A stretch of 64,000 nt of DNA, taken from positions 323,267 to 387,266 of the forward strand of contig JAXGNN010000003.1 in assembly GCA_040767925.1 (NCBI GenBank), given 5' to 3'. The position numbers and the translations under genes were made by a program. Origin of the DNA: Christensenellales bacterium. Lineage in GTDB: Bacteria; Bacillota; Clostridia; Christensenellales; CAG-138. Below, in pieces: positions 38,297 to 46,458 of this stretch. The notes beneath the pieces are model-generated. The model was not told the origin of the DNA and did no database searches. It saw nothing but the letters and a program-made list of their open reading frames with translations. Positions within the stretch are counted from its first letter, which is position 1. Each line of letters opens with the position of its first letter.

Positions 38297-38968
38297 TCAG
38301 TAATTCTCTTTCCTGAGCTCGAAATAACTTTTGCCGTGGCTGCACACGGGGCAGATCTCCGGCGCTTTCCTGCCGATCACCAGATGCCCGCAGACGCGGC
38401 ACTCCCACATGGTTTCCTCGCTCTTCTCGAACACCTTTTGCATCTCGACGTTCGAGAGAAGCGCGCGATAACGCTCCTCATGCGCCTTCTCGATGGCGCC
38501 CACGCGGCGAAAGCGCGCCGCGAGCTCGGGGTAGCCCTCCTCCCCGGCGTCCCTGGCGAAGCGCTCGTACATATCCGTCCACTCGTAGTTCTCCCCGCCG
38601 GCCGCGGCGAGGAGGTTCTCCTTCGTGCTGCCGATGTGCCCGAGCTCCTCAAACCACACGCGGGCGTGCTCCTGCTCGTTGCGCGCGGTCTTGAGGAAGA
38701 TCTCGGCGATCTGCTCATACCCCTCGTTGGCGGCGACCTGCGCGAAGTAGGCGTACTTGTTGCGCGCCTGGCTCTCGCCCGCGAAAGCCTCGGCAAGGTT
38801 CTTCTCGGTCTTTGTTCCGACGTAGCGGCCGCCCTTCTTCTCCTGCTTCTCCTGCTCCTCCAGCTTTACGAACTTGGACGCGGGCGCCTTGCAGCGCGGG
38901 CAGGTAAAACCGTCCGGAAGAAGCCCTTCGTGGACGTAGCCGCAGACTGTGCATTTCCATTTTTCCAT
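38297..38968 (-). CDS. rbr: Rubrerythrin with an extra N-terminal rubredoxin-like domain
   Basis: Start ATG 38968. The N-terminal part has CTVCGY...CPRC. The diiron four-helix core has ESQARNKY...NEQEHARVW...EKAHEERY. The C-terminal part has CRVCGH...CPVC. Confidence 0.88.
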   Translation of the reverse strand: MEKWKCTVCGYVHEGLLPDGFTCPRCKAPASKFVKLEEQEKQEKKGGRYVGTKTEKNLAEAFAGESQARNKYAYFAQVAANEGYEQIAEIFLKTARNEQEHARVWFEELGHIGSTKENLLAAAGGENYEWTDMYERFARDAGEEGYPELAARFRRVGAIEKAHEERYRALLSNVEMQKVFEKSEETMWECRVCGHLVIGRKAPEICPVCSHGKSYFELRKENY

Positions 38969-39049
38969 GTTCTTTATCCTCCGTTCAATCATTCGCCGCG
39001 CCGCGATTAAGCCGCGCGCCCTCGCGTGGCCTCCGGGGCGGTTTGGAGC

Positions 39050-39235
39050 TTATTCTTCGCTGAAATCCTCTTCCGAAGCGCCGCAGGCCGGGCAAGCCCA
39101 GTCCCCGGGAAGTTCCTCAAACCGCGTACCCGGCGGGATGTCGTCATCCGGGGCGCCTTCCGCCTCGTCGTACATATAGCCGCATACGCTGCAGATATAC
39201 CTCCCCACCGCGAAATCCTCCCTTATTCTATCCAT
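39050..39235 (-). CDS. Rubredoxin
   Basis: Start ATG 39235. [10 protein letters not shown]...[10 protein letters not shown]. Confidence 0.85.
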   Translation of the reverse strand: MDRIREDFAVGRYICSVCGYMYDEAEGAPDDDIPPGTRFEELPGDWACPACGASEEDFSEE

Positions 39236-39422
39236 AGCCTTATCATACCGCTTTTGTTTCCTTTTCAACCGTGACAAACACACCGTTTAAGAACTGTTCC
39301 TGTTCTTTGTTCCTCTTTATCATATAACAATCAAATGCGGGATTCAACTCCGATTTCCAGCAGTCGCCGCGAGGCGCGCTCTTTTGGGAAAACCTGTGCT
39401 TGCACGCGCCGTGCGACACCGT

Positions 39423-39452
39423 ATTATACGGATAAGACGGCCGCGTTGTCAA
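39423..39452 (-). promoter_or_regulatory. Putative sigma-A promoter for rubredoxin-rubrerythrin, implying a leader of about 180 nt
   Basis: Minus strand reads TTGACA-18 nt-TATAAT. Confidence 0.45.
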
Positions 39453-39519
39453 TCTCCGCCGATGCCCGGTCTTCCGAGCGGGACGGCATGAAAGCGGGCC
39501 CGCGCGGCGGCAGGGCGCG

Positions 39520-39777
39520 CTAGGGCTTTTCGACCACCATGACCTCTACGCCGAGCTCTTGGATTTTCCTCAGCTCGTCCTCCACGGCGTCCCAGTCCGT
39601 AATCAGGAGGTCGAAGCGATCCGCGTCGCACATCTTGACGAAAGCGTTAAAGGCAATCTTGTGGTTGGGCATTAATAAAATGCTTTTTCTCGAATTTCCG
39701 ATGACCGTTCTATGGAACGTACGGCCTCCCCAAAGCGAACTCCGCGAACCGGGGCAGGTTTCAACGATGGCAGGAAA
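39520..39777 (-). pseudogene. DeoR-family repressor remnant (C-terminal 85 codons only; no HTH)
   Basis: Own translation: ...RTVIGNSRKSILLMPNHKIAFNAFVKMCDADRFDLLITDWDAVEDELRKIQELGVEVMVVEKP*. This matches the DeoR C-terminal pattern D/NhsK.g..af..v..l...d.lITD...G(V)ev.v. It begins immediately after the stop codon of the GNAT remnant. Confidence 0.6.
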
Positions 39778-40047
39778 TCAGCCGATGTGCATCACCATGA
39801 CGAGGCAAGGATTCCGCTCATCCCAAAGCGTGGGGAGCACCTCGAGCTTTTGGAAGCCAAGGCTCTCATAGAACAGCCGCGTGAGATCGTACTCGGCAAA
39901 AAGGCCCGCGTCGACCGTCTTGACGTGGAGGAACGCGTACCCGCGCGCCTTCGCGTATTCATGGAACGCCAAAAACAGCCGTCTGCCGACGCCCTTCCTG
40001 TGGAGCTCGGGCAGCACGCCCATGACGTAGATTTCAGCAGGATATAA
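39778..40047 (-). pseudogene. GNAT acetyltransferase remnant (C-terminal half only)
   Basis: ...AEIYVMGVLPELHRKGVGRRLFLAFHEYAKARGYAFLHVKTV... carries motif A. There is no N-terminal half, and the frame is closed by TAG at 40048-40050 inside IS-derived AT-rich sequence. Confidence 0.6.
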
Positions 40048-40993
40048 CTACTTTTTCAGAAAGCAATGTAGTGTTTGTCACAAAGAAAAAGTATTCGTAC
40101 TCAGAGCCTTCTAAAAGTGATATTTGTGCTCTTTCTTTTTCTGGTTTCAGTACGCGAGACACAACAAACCTTCTGTCTTTCTCCCAGTTATCTAATTTTG
40201 TAAACAGTTCTGTAGTTTCTCTGCCTTCTTCACCTTTAACGAATACAACCGATGAATTCGTTGCTTGGGATGCAAGCGTAGAATAACTTTTGGCTTTAAT
40301 TAAATATTTGCAACCAAGAGATTCTATCGTTTCAATAATTTTTTCATCAAAGTAGCCACTATCCATTCGAAATAAAATCTCTAAATCATCTGTTTTGATG
40401 TTGGCTACTATTTCTTTGATCATTTCAGATGCACCGTTAGCTGTGTAAGTATTGCCACTTCTTACAAATCCGGTGACGTAGGCTTTTAATTCGTCGCAAA
40501 ATGCAAACTGGATATTGTAGCATCGGTTTCCTAGTTTCTTGGGATTATATCCTTTTGATGCACCTTCTTGATGACCTTCTACGTTGATTACACTACTATC
40601 AATATCAATCGTAATGGATGTCAATTTACTTTTAGTGAGCAGTTTTTTAAAGACTTTAAAATTAATGTCTCTAAACATTTGTGTTGTCTTAAAGGTGAAG
40701 TTTCCTAAAAACCGTGACACTGTTTCAGGTTCTTTTACGGAAATATCAAATTCATTAACGAGTGGATCATTTTGAAGGAGCTTTAGACGTTCTAGCTTGT
40801 CTATACCAATAAAGTGACCACAGATCATCGTCTTTATATGATTCATCTTGATTTTATTTGTGGAGTCATTATCAAATACGAGGTCATTTTCAACTAGATC
40901 AAAAATCTCATTACTTTTTGCGTTCTCAAGGAGAAGAAAAAGACCTGCATTTGATGTTAGATTCTTAGCTGTGAAATCAATTTTATTAATCAT
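40034..40993 (-). pseudogene. IS1380-family transposase gene, 3'-truncated (319 codons)
   Basis: ...ITIDIDSSVINVEGHQEGASKGYNPKKLGNRCYNIQFAFCDE...ILFRMDSGYFDEKII...RRFVVSRV...EYEYFFFVTNTTLLSEKVV is collinear with the first three quarters of IS1380 transposases. The usual C-terminal segment after FVTN..L....V..Y..R is missing, and the ORF reads out into host sequence (..ISC*). Confidence 0.75.
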
Positions 40994-41106
40994 AATTTAA
41001 ACCCCTTTTTCTGCTTTTGTTACTATTATTGTACCATATATCGACTCATAAAAGCTGATAATTCAACACATTTTTGAGCATTTTTCTTTCACCCAATGGG
41101 TGAAAG
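40040..41106 (-). mobile_element. Partial IS1380-family insertion sequence (one end lost); the outer boundary near 41.1 kb is uncertain
   Basis: Truncated transposase ORF. An extended -10 promoter (TGgTACAAT) lies upstream of ATG 40993. The hairpin CTTTCACCC-aat-GGGTGAAAG at 41086-41106 is near the expected IS end. The GC drop starts at about 40040. Confidence 0.55.
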
Positions 41107-41191
41107 CTGAATTTTGAAGGAACGTATATTTATCAATTCTTTGAGTGTGGTTTATAAAGTACTGACGTAGAATCTCAGTCGTAGATTGAAT

Positions 41192-42097
41192 CTATAATAT
41201 CGTTTCGGGATGATCCGCGGCGGCGACTTTTAGTTTTTGTTTTTTCAAAACAAAGATGTTAATAAACATCTGCTGCGCGATTTGATAAACATTCCCGATA
41301 ATCCAGTAAAGACCCAATCCGGCGGGAACCGTGAAAGCAATGACTCCGCTCATGATGGGTGAAATCATGGCCATGTTGTTTTGCATGGATGCCTGAGCTT
41401 GGGTTTCATCTGTTTTTGATGCGCCTTTCATGGAATATCTTACTGAAAAGTAAGAGGTAAGTGCAGAAAGCACAGGAATCAATAGCAGAAGATATGTACT
41501 TACGTCCGCACCACCATTGAGATAATGACTGGGGTTCCATGTAGGCACTGTTCCAAGATTGATTCCCAAAAAATTCATATTTAGCAAATCCGCCGGTTTT
41601 AGTAAATCAGATACTGCCTGAAGCTGTTCTGAATGGTTGCTAAAATAGGTAATAATACTCAGGTCTTTCATATTCGCAAGCTTTTCAGTTCCCTCTGGTA
41701 TCAAAGTATAAAGCTGAGTGATAACTTCGGTGGATTTCCCAACCATGTATTTCAAAGGTTGAGAAATAGCATAGTATAGTGAAAATAAAATCGGCATCTG
41801 TACCAATAGGGGAAGGCAGCCGCCGGTCGGATTTACCTTGTTTTCCTGATAGAACTTCATGATCTCCGCACTTTGCTTTTCCTTGTCGTCTTTATATTTT
41901 TTCTGGATTTCCTGCATCCGAGGCTGAAGATCGCTCATTTTTGAGGTCGATTGTGCCTGTTTTATAGTCAGAGGAAGCAGCAGAGTCTTCATTCCCACTG
42001 TAAAAAGAATGATTGCGATCCCATAGTTTTGAAACGCGATGTTGTCATATATAAATTTCAAGACGGCTCCCATGGGGATAGCGATGAAATCAAGCAT
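41192..42097 (-). CDS. yidC: YidC/Oxa1-family membrane protein insertase
   Basis: Start ATG 42097. LLPLTIKQAQSTSKMSDLQPRMQEIQKKYKDDKEKQSAEIMKFYQENKVNPTGGCLPLLVQMPILFSLY. Confidence 0.88.
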   Translation of the reverse strand: MLDFIAIPMGAVLKFIYDNIAFQNYGIAIILFTVGMKTLLLPLTIKQAQSTSKMSDLQPRMQEIQKKYKDDKEKQSAEIMKFYQENKVNPTGGCLPLLVQMPILFSLYYAISQPLKYMVGKSTEVITQLYTLIPEGTEKLANMKDLSIITYFSNHSEQLQAVSDLLKPADLLNMNFLGINLGTVPTWNPSHYLNGGADVSTYLLLLIPVLSALTSYFSVRYSMKGASKTDETQAQASMQNNMAMISPIMSGVIAFTVPAGLGLYWIIGNVYQIAQQMFINIFVLKKQKLKVAAADHPETIL

Positions 42098-42127
42098 ATT
42101 CTTACAATCCTCCCTCAAAAGGGTATA

Positions 42128-42649
42128 TTAAAAGCACAATAGACTTTGAAGCCTGCGCACGCTTTTTCTTTCTCCCAAACGACAGATTTCTATAAAAGCG
42201 CAATACTTATCTATAACCGCTACAATGTAAGCCTCTTTATACTTAGGCAACGTAATTGTTAGCGGCCACATATGTTTCAAAATGATATCCCGCTCCAACG
42301 CATTTAGGCAAAATGCCTTCTTCGCGTTTTGTAGAGCGCTGCGTGGATGATTTAGCCCGTGTAGGCCTTTATGTGATCCTTTTATGTGCCAGTCATACAG
42401 GAAAAAATCGTGAAGAAGCCCGCCTCTGGCCGCACAACGATAATTAAGGTTTATCTGTTTGCAAACCAAATAACTGCAGTACGACACATAAAGGCTGTGT
42501 TCCAGACAATCAACGTCGCAGTGTTGAATATAGTTTTTCATGGATCTGACCGATGGGTGATTTATCAGATCGCTTATGCTATCCAGAAAGTCTATGTCAG
42601 CGGAGGAGTCCGGCTGTCGTCTTAGCATGGAGTTGATTCTATCAATCAT
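42128..42649 (-). CDS. HD-domain phosphohydrolase
   Basis: Start ATG 42649 (GAGG 8 nt upstream). ...CLEHSLYVSYCSY...GGLLHDFFLYDW... Confidence 0.7.
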   Translation of the reverse strand: MIDRINSMLRRQPDSSADIDFLDSISDLINHPSVRSMKNYIQHCDVDCLEHSLYVSYCSYLVCKQINLNYRCAARGGLLHDFFLYDWHIKGSHKGLHGLNHPRSALQNAKKAFCLNALERDIILKHMWPLTITLPKYKEAYIVAVIDKYCAFIEICRLGERKSVRRLQSLLCF

Positions 42650-42674
42650 AGTTCTTACCTCGTTCCCTGTATTT

Positions 42675-44360
42675 TTAGTGGCGCGACCGAAACATGGAGA
42701 GTATAAGCCCCAGAACAATCACGACGGCCAATGCCAAGCCCACTTTCAATACGACAATATTAAAAAGGTACATCTCACCGCTTGTATCCGCGCTAAGGCC
42801 AGAACTTATCAGGACTCCGGCGACGATAATGCTTACGGCAAGCAATATCACGCTGAAAGACATCCTGTTGAAAATCCGTTCCAATCGTTTTTGAAATGTG
42901 TCCAGTTCTTTCATTTCAAATTTAACGGCAAAGTCCTCATCTTCCGCATTGCGTAAAAGATTACGCATGGCGGATGGGAATTCAGTGAGCAGCTCCCGGT
43001 AATTTAACAGGCTCTTTTTTATCCGGTGCCGGGCCTTGTCAATCGAAAACGACTGATAAATCAGCTTTTTAGCGATTGGCTCCGCGACGACAAGAGCGTT
43101 TAACTCCGGTGCCAGTTTTTCCAATAGCGATTGGAGAGTTCCCAGCGTTTTGGCTAACAAAGTGAATTCACGGGGTATTCTCACATGGTTCAAATATGCG
43201 GTATGAAGTGTCTCATGAAGCAATTCGTCAAGCTTTATCTCGTTCATAGGCATGGTCAGGTATTTTTCGATGATTACATCTATATCTTTTTCAAATCTTT
43301 TAACATTACCCCGGGGAGCCATGGCGTCCATGTCAAGAATGGAACTGACCACCATGCCGCTGTCTTTGGTGGCAACCCCTATAAAAAAATCAGAGATCAT
43401 ATTTTTACGGGATTCGTTCAAGTATCCTACCATCCCAAAATCAAGAAACAGGATCGTGCCGTCTGGCAGAACCTGAATATTGCCCGGATGCGGATCCGCA
43501 TGAAAAAAACCGTCTCGGAGCACCTGATTGCATATGGACGTAGCAAGCCTTTCAGCGGCCTTTCTTCGGTCAATACCCGCCAGATCCAAGGCTTCCAAAT
43601 CGCTGATCTTAATGCCTTTAAAATACTCCATGGTAAGAACGCGTTTTGTCGTGTAAATCCATTTTATCTTTGGGACCGTGACGCCTTCGTCTTCGCGGAA
43701 ATTGCGCAAGAAGGTATCCGCGTTTTCTCCCTCTTTCATAAAATCCATTTCATTTTGGATCGTCTTTTGAAAATCATCCACCATGCCGCTAAAATCATAG
43801 AGTTCCCCGTATTTTGTGTGATGGTCGAAAAAATGTGCCATCTCACTTAGAATATCGAGATCCAGACCAATGACTTTTTCAATACCTGGCCTTTGGACTT
43901 TTACGGCGACTTCTTTCCCCGAGATCAGTCTTGCATGATGGACTTGGGCTATGGACGCCGCGGCCAAAGGTTCTTCGTCAAATTCTTGATAGATATTTTC
44001 CAGACTGTCATTGAATTCAACTTCAATGAGCGCCTTTACGTCGGCAAAGGGGAAGGGCTGCACCGAATCCTGCAGTTTTTTAAGCTCTTCAATTACATCT
44101 GGCGGCAACATGTCCTGTCTTATACTTAATAGCTGTCCCAGTTTAACAAATGTCGGTCCCAATTCTTCAAAAGTCAGTCTCAGCCGTTTTCCTGTTGAAC
44201 CGCGAGCATTGTCAGGCGCGGTATCTGCATCCGAAATCTTATCTTTTCGCCGCAAAGTATAACGAAGCCCAAGCTGCCCCAGCAACAGGCCAAAACCGTA
44301 CTTTGCAAAAACGGTAATGATCTCCCTGTATCTTCTGACACGATTATGCTTGTAATCCAT
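42675..44360 (-). CDS. ABC1/UbiB/AarF-family atypical protein kinase with two C-terminal TM helices
   Basis: YREIITVFAKYGFG..., GPTFVKLGQLLSIRQDMLP, AAASIAQVHHARL...VAVKVQRP, GFFHADPHPGNI and FLDFGMVG. ATG 44360 is preferred; the track start at 44381 is TTG. Confidence 0.85.
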   Translation of the reverse strand: MDYKHNRVRRYREIITVFAKYGFGLLLGQLGLRYTLRRKDKISDADTAPDNARGSTGKRLRLTFEELGPTFVKLGQLLSIRQDMLPPDVIEELKKLQDSVQPFPFADVKALIEVEFNDSLENIYQEFDEEPLAAASIAQVHHARLISGKEVAVKVQRPGIEKVIGLDLDILSEMAHFFDHHTKYGELYDFSGMVDDFQKTIQNEMDFMKEGENADTFLRNFREDEGVTVPKIKWIYTTKRVLTMEYFKGIKISDLEALDLAGIDRRKAAERLATSICNQVLRDGFFHADPHPGNIQVLPDGTILFLDFGMVGYLNESRKNMISDFFIGVATKDSGMVVSSILDMDAMAPRGNVKRFEKDIDVIIEKYLTMPMNEIKLDELLHETLHTAYLNHVRIPREFTLLAKTLGTLQSLLEKLAPELNALVVAEPIAKKLIYQSFSIDKARHRIKKSLLNYRELLTEFPSAMRNLLRNAEDEDFAVKFEMKELDTFQKRLERIFNRMSFSVILLAVSIIVAGVLISSGLSADTSGEMYLFNIVVLKVGLALAVVIVLGLILSMFRSRH

Positions 44361-44556
44361 CCTATCAATCCTATCCTGCAATCCTGCAACATCGCCAAAC
44401 CATCTGTTTAATCCGTAGGAATGGATGAAGCAGGACCTTTTTGGTCAACCCCAGAGGGAGAAGGATGCGTCAAGAACATCGCATCATATAGTTAAAGCGC
44501 CTTTCATTGATCCGCATCCTTTCTCAAGCCTGTGGGTTTTGCGGCAATATAATCGC

Positions 44557-44895
44557 TTACTCTGTATCCTCGTTTTTAAGATATCCATGTTCCCGGAGGG
44601 TCTGCTGAACCTGTTCCCTTACGATTTCCGCGATTTCATCCTTTGTCACAATATCTTCCTTTTTTGCTACATTCGCAAAGTCCAAAGCCTTTGCGACCTC
44701 GTTTTGGATCAACTTTTTCAATTCCTCCCGTTGCTCTTCGCCTCGCTGTACAAGTTCGGACGCAAATTGACGGGCGTCTTTTTTCGATACCTCGCCTTTG
44801 CCGACCAGTTCCTCCACAAACTCTTCTACTTTTTCCCGTGAATACAGCAGAAGTCCCAGCCCCAGGTTGATTGACTTTTCAAATGCGTTTGACAT
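44557..44895 (-). CDS. Phasin-like coiled-coil protein (COG3937-type)
   Basis: Start ATG 44895 after AAGGAG. ...REKVEEFVEELVGKGEVSKKDARQFASELVQRGEEQREELKKLI... Confidence 0.65.
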   Translation of the reverse strand: MSNAFEKSINLGLGLLLYSREKVEEFVEELVGKGEVSKKDARQFASELVQRGEEQREELKKLIQNEVAKALDFANVAKKEDIVTKDEIAEIVREQVQQTLREHGYLKNEDTE

Positions 44896-44910
44896 GATAC
44901 ACACTCCTTT

Positions 44911-45492
44911 TTAATTTATTAAGCTTTCCGCCAGATTTAAGGATTCGAAGGAAACATCATTGTCGGAGCTCAGCATGAGTTGAATTGAAGTTCCATAAAA
45001 AGCACCAAGGATCAGCTTCGCAACGTTTCGAGGAGAATAATCCGACTTCCGATTGTCATTATCCGTATTCAAGGTCAGGTTTTTCTCAATAATCTCCGCC
45101 AGCCTCTCAAACAGGCTGTTTACTTTTTCTCGGAAGGACGGTACCCATAGCGCCTGTGCAGTAAAATCGATAAACAGCTTGAATAGATTGGGATTGTCTT
45201 TGAGTAATTCTTTGAAAAAAGCCATAAGCGCAGCGAATTTTTGCTTCCTACCCGTAGCTGATTCCAGCTTCCGCTCAATTTCACTTAAATACTGGTAAAT
45301 CATCATATTGATGACCTCAAGAAACAGATTTTCTTTGCTTTTGTAGTAGTAGGTTACCTGGCCCAGCGCGACCCCGGCTTCATCAGCTATGTTCCGCATT
45401 GTCACAGCGGCATAACCCCTTGTGGAAAGGCATTCGAATGCCGTATTTAAAATTTTTTCGGATGGCCCTGTTTTGTCGGTCTTTCGCTGCAT
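44911..45492 (-). CDS. TetR/AcrR family transcriptional regulator
   Basis: Start ATG 45492 (GGAGG 6 nt upstream). N-terminal HTH: GYAAVTMRNIADEAGVALGQVTYYYKSKENLF. Confidence 0.85.
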   Translation of the reverse strand: MQRKTDKTGPSEKILNTAFECLSTRGYAAVTMRNIADEAGVALGQVTYYYKSKENLFLEVINMMIYQYLSEIERKLESATGRKQKFAALMAFFKELLKDNPNLFKLFIDFTAQALWVPSFREKVNSLFERLAEIIEKNLTLNTDNDNRKSDYSPRNVAKLILGAFYGTSIQLMLSSDNDVSFESLNLAESLIN

Positions 45493-45510
45493 GATGCACC
45501 TCCGCATTTT

Positions 45511-45532
45511 TTAGTTCGTACGTACGTACTAA
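45511..45532. promoter_or_regulatory. 22-bp near-perfect palindrome, probable TetR operator
   Basis: TTAGTTCGTAC|GTACGTACTAA (one mismatch per arm pair), 18 nt upstream of the TetR start codon. Confidence 0.6.
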
Positions 45533-45580
45533 ACTATAACAGAACTTGCTGCCTTTGTCAACCCCATCGGATTCATTGCT

Positions 45581-45624
45581 TACAAAAACATCCGCAGTGA
45601 TAGCTAAGTAGTCAACTGCGGATG
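45581..45624 (-). terminator. Rho-independent terminator (minus strand)
   Basis: CATCCGCAGT-16 nt-ACTGCGGATG followed by TTTTTGTA on the minus strand. Confidence 0.65.
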
Positions 45625-45919
45625 CTTCTATATAGTACGCCTTTCCCATTTGTAGGGGTGCAATTCAGAAAGGGCAATAAATCATTGATTGTTCCCGTCG
45701 AGCCTTATGCCAGCCATGTGGGGTACAGCCATCAGTCGAGTAGAATGGGGACGCCGATATAAAAGAGTTTTATTTTATATTTGCTGTAAATGGAAGCGTC
45801 GGCCTCATACAACACTGGTTGAAAAACGGGTTGAACCAGTCCACCACGGAAATAGCGCAGATCATAATGGTCACCTATTCTTAAATTTTTTAATTTAAGG
45901 CAACCCATGAAAAGTACGG

Positions 45920-45982
45920 AAATAAAAAGACCGGCTGCCGAAATGTCCAATCGCAAAGGAGGCGGGACTATTCAGCAGCCGG
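45920..45982 (-). terminator. Composite stem-loop plus U-tract (minus strand); terminator or 3' end of a small RNA
   Basis: CCGGCTGC-tgaata-GTCC-cgcctcctttgcgatt-GGAC-atttcg-GCAGCCGG followed by TCTTTTTATTT. The apical loop exposes CCTCC. Confidence 0.55.
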
Positions 45983-46234
45983 AATTGTGCATCGTGAACA
46001 ATATAGTGGTGTATACTTTAACGATGAAAGGGAGTAGCATCATTGTGCCTATCCTGCTTCAATTAGCCGAATGGGGCACTTATTAAGTGCAAGAAAATTC
46101 GGACAGTAAAACTTTTTGCAATGAATGTCAATCTATAACATAATACGCTTGAGAGACCCGAACGCATTATGCCAAAAAAACAAGGAATATAGTAAACTGT
46201 GTGCAGACGGCTATTATATTCCAATGTTTCTACT

Positions 46235-46393
46235 CTACGTATCTTTATTGCCAATAAGCTTACATACCGGTGAACATATATTACCGCCTGTATATTTGCA
46301 AAATGAGCACCATATCCGGGTTCCAGCCATGTAAGGAGATTTACGGTTTAAACATTTTTGGGGCAAACCTTTAGGTGGAGTAGTGTACTTCAT
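46235..46393 (-). CDS. Cys-rich micro-protein (52 aa), unknown function
   Basis: Own translation: MKYTTPPKGLPQKCLNRKSPYMAGTRIWCSFCKYTGGNICSPVCKLIGNKDT*. AAGGAGG lies 7 nt before the ATG. It is below the track's length cut-off. Confidence 0.4.
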   Translation of the reverse strand: MKYTTPPKGLPQKCLNRKSPYMAGTRIWCSFCKYTGGNICSPVCKLIGNKDT

Positions 46394-46439
46394 ATCAAGA
46401 CCTCCTTTTATTTTTTATGAGGTCATTATATAATTAGTT

Positions 46440-46458
46440 TGTGCCCTCAGTGTGCCCT
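46440..46458. repeat. 8-mer TGTGCCCT repeated with 11-bp phasing, just upstream of the micro-ORF promoter region
   Basis: Copies at 46440-46447 and 46451-46458. On the minus strand they read AGGGCACActgAGGGCACA, overlapping the -35 position relative to a TATAAT. Confidence 0.45.

Noticed and set aside
45383-45956. Small ORFs 45383..45649, 45689..45898 and 45732..45956 in the TetR-ssrA non-coding stretch, considered as possible integrase remnants.
   Set aside because: ORF 45383..45649 runs through a terminator hairpin and into the TetR gene. None shows tyrosine- or serine-recombinase motifs (no R..HxxR..Y pattern) and none has an RBS. I treat the region as degenerate or non-coding.
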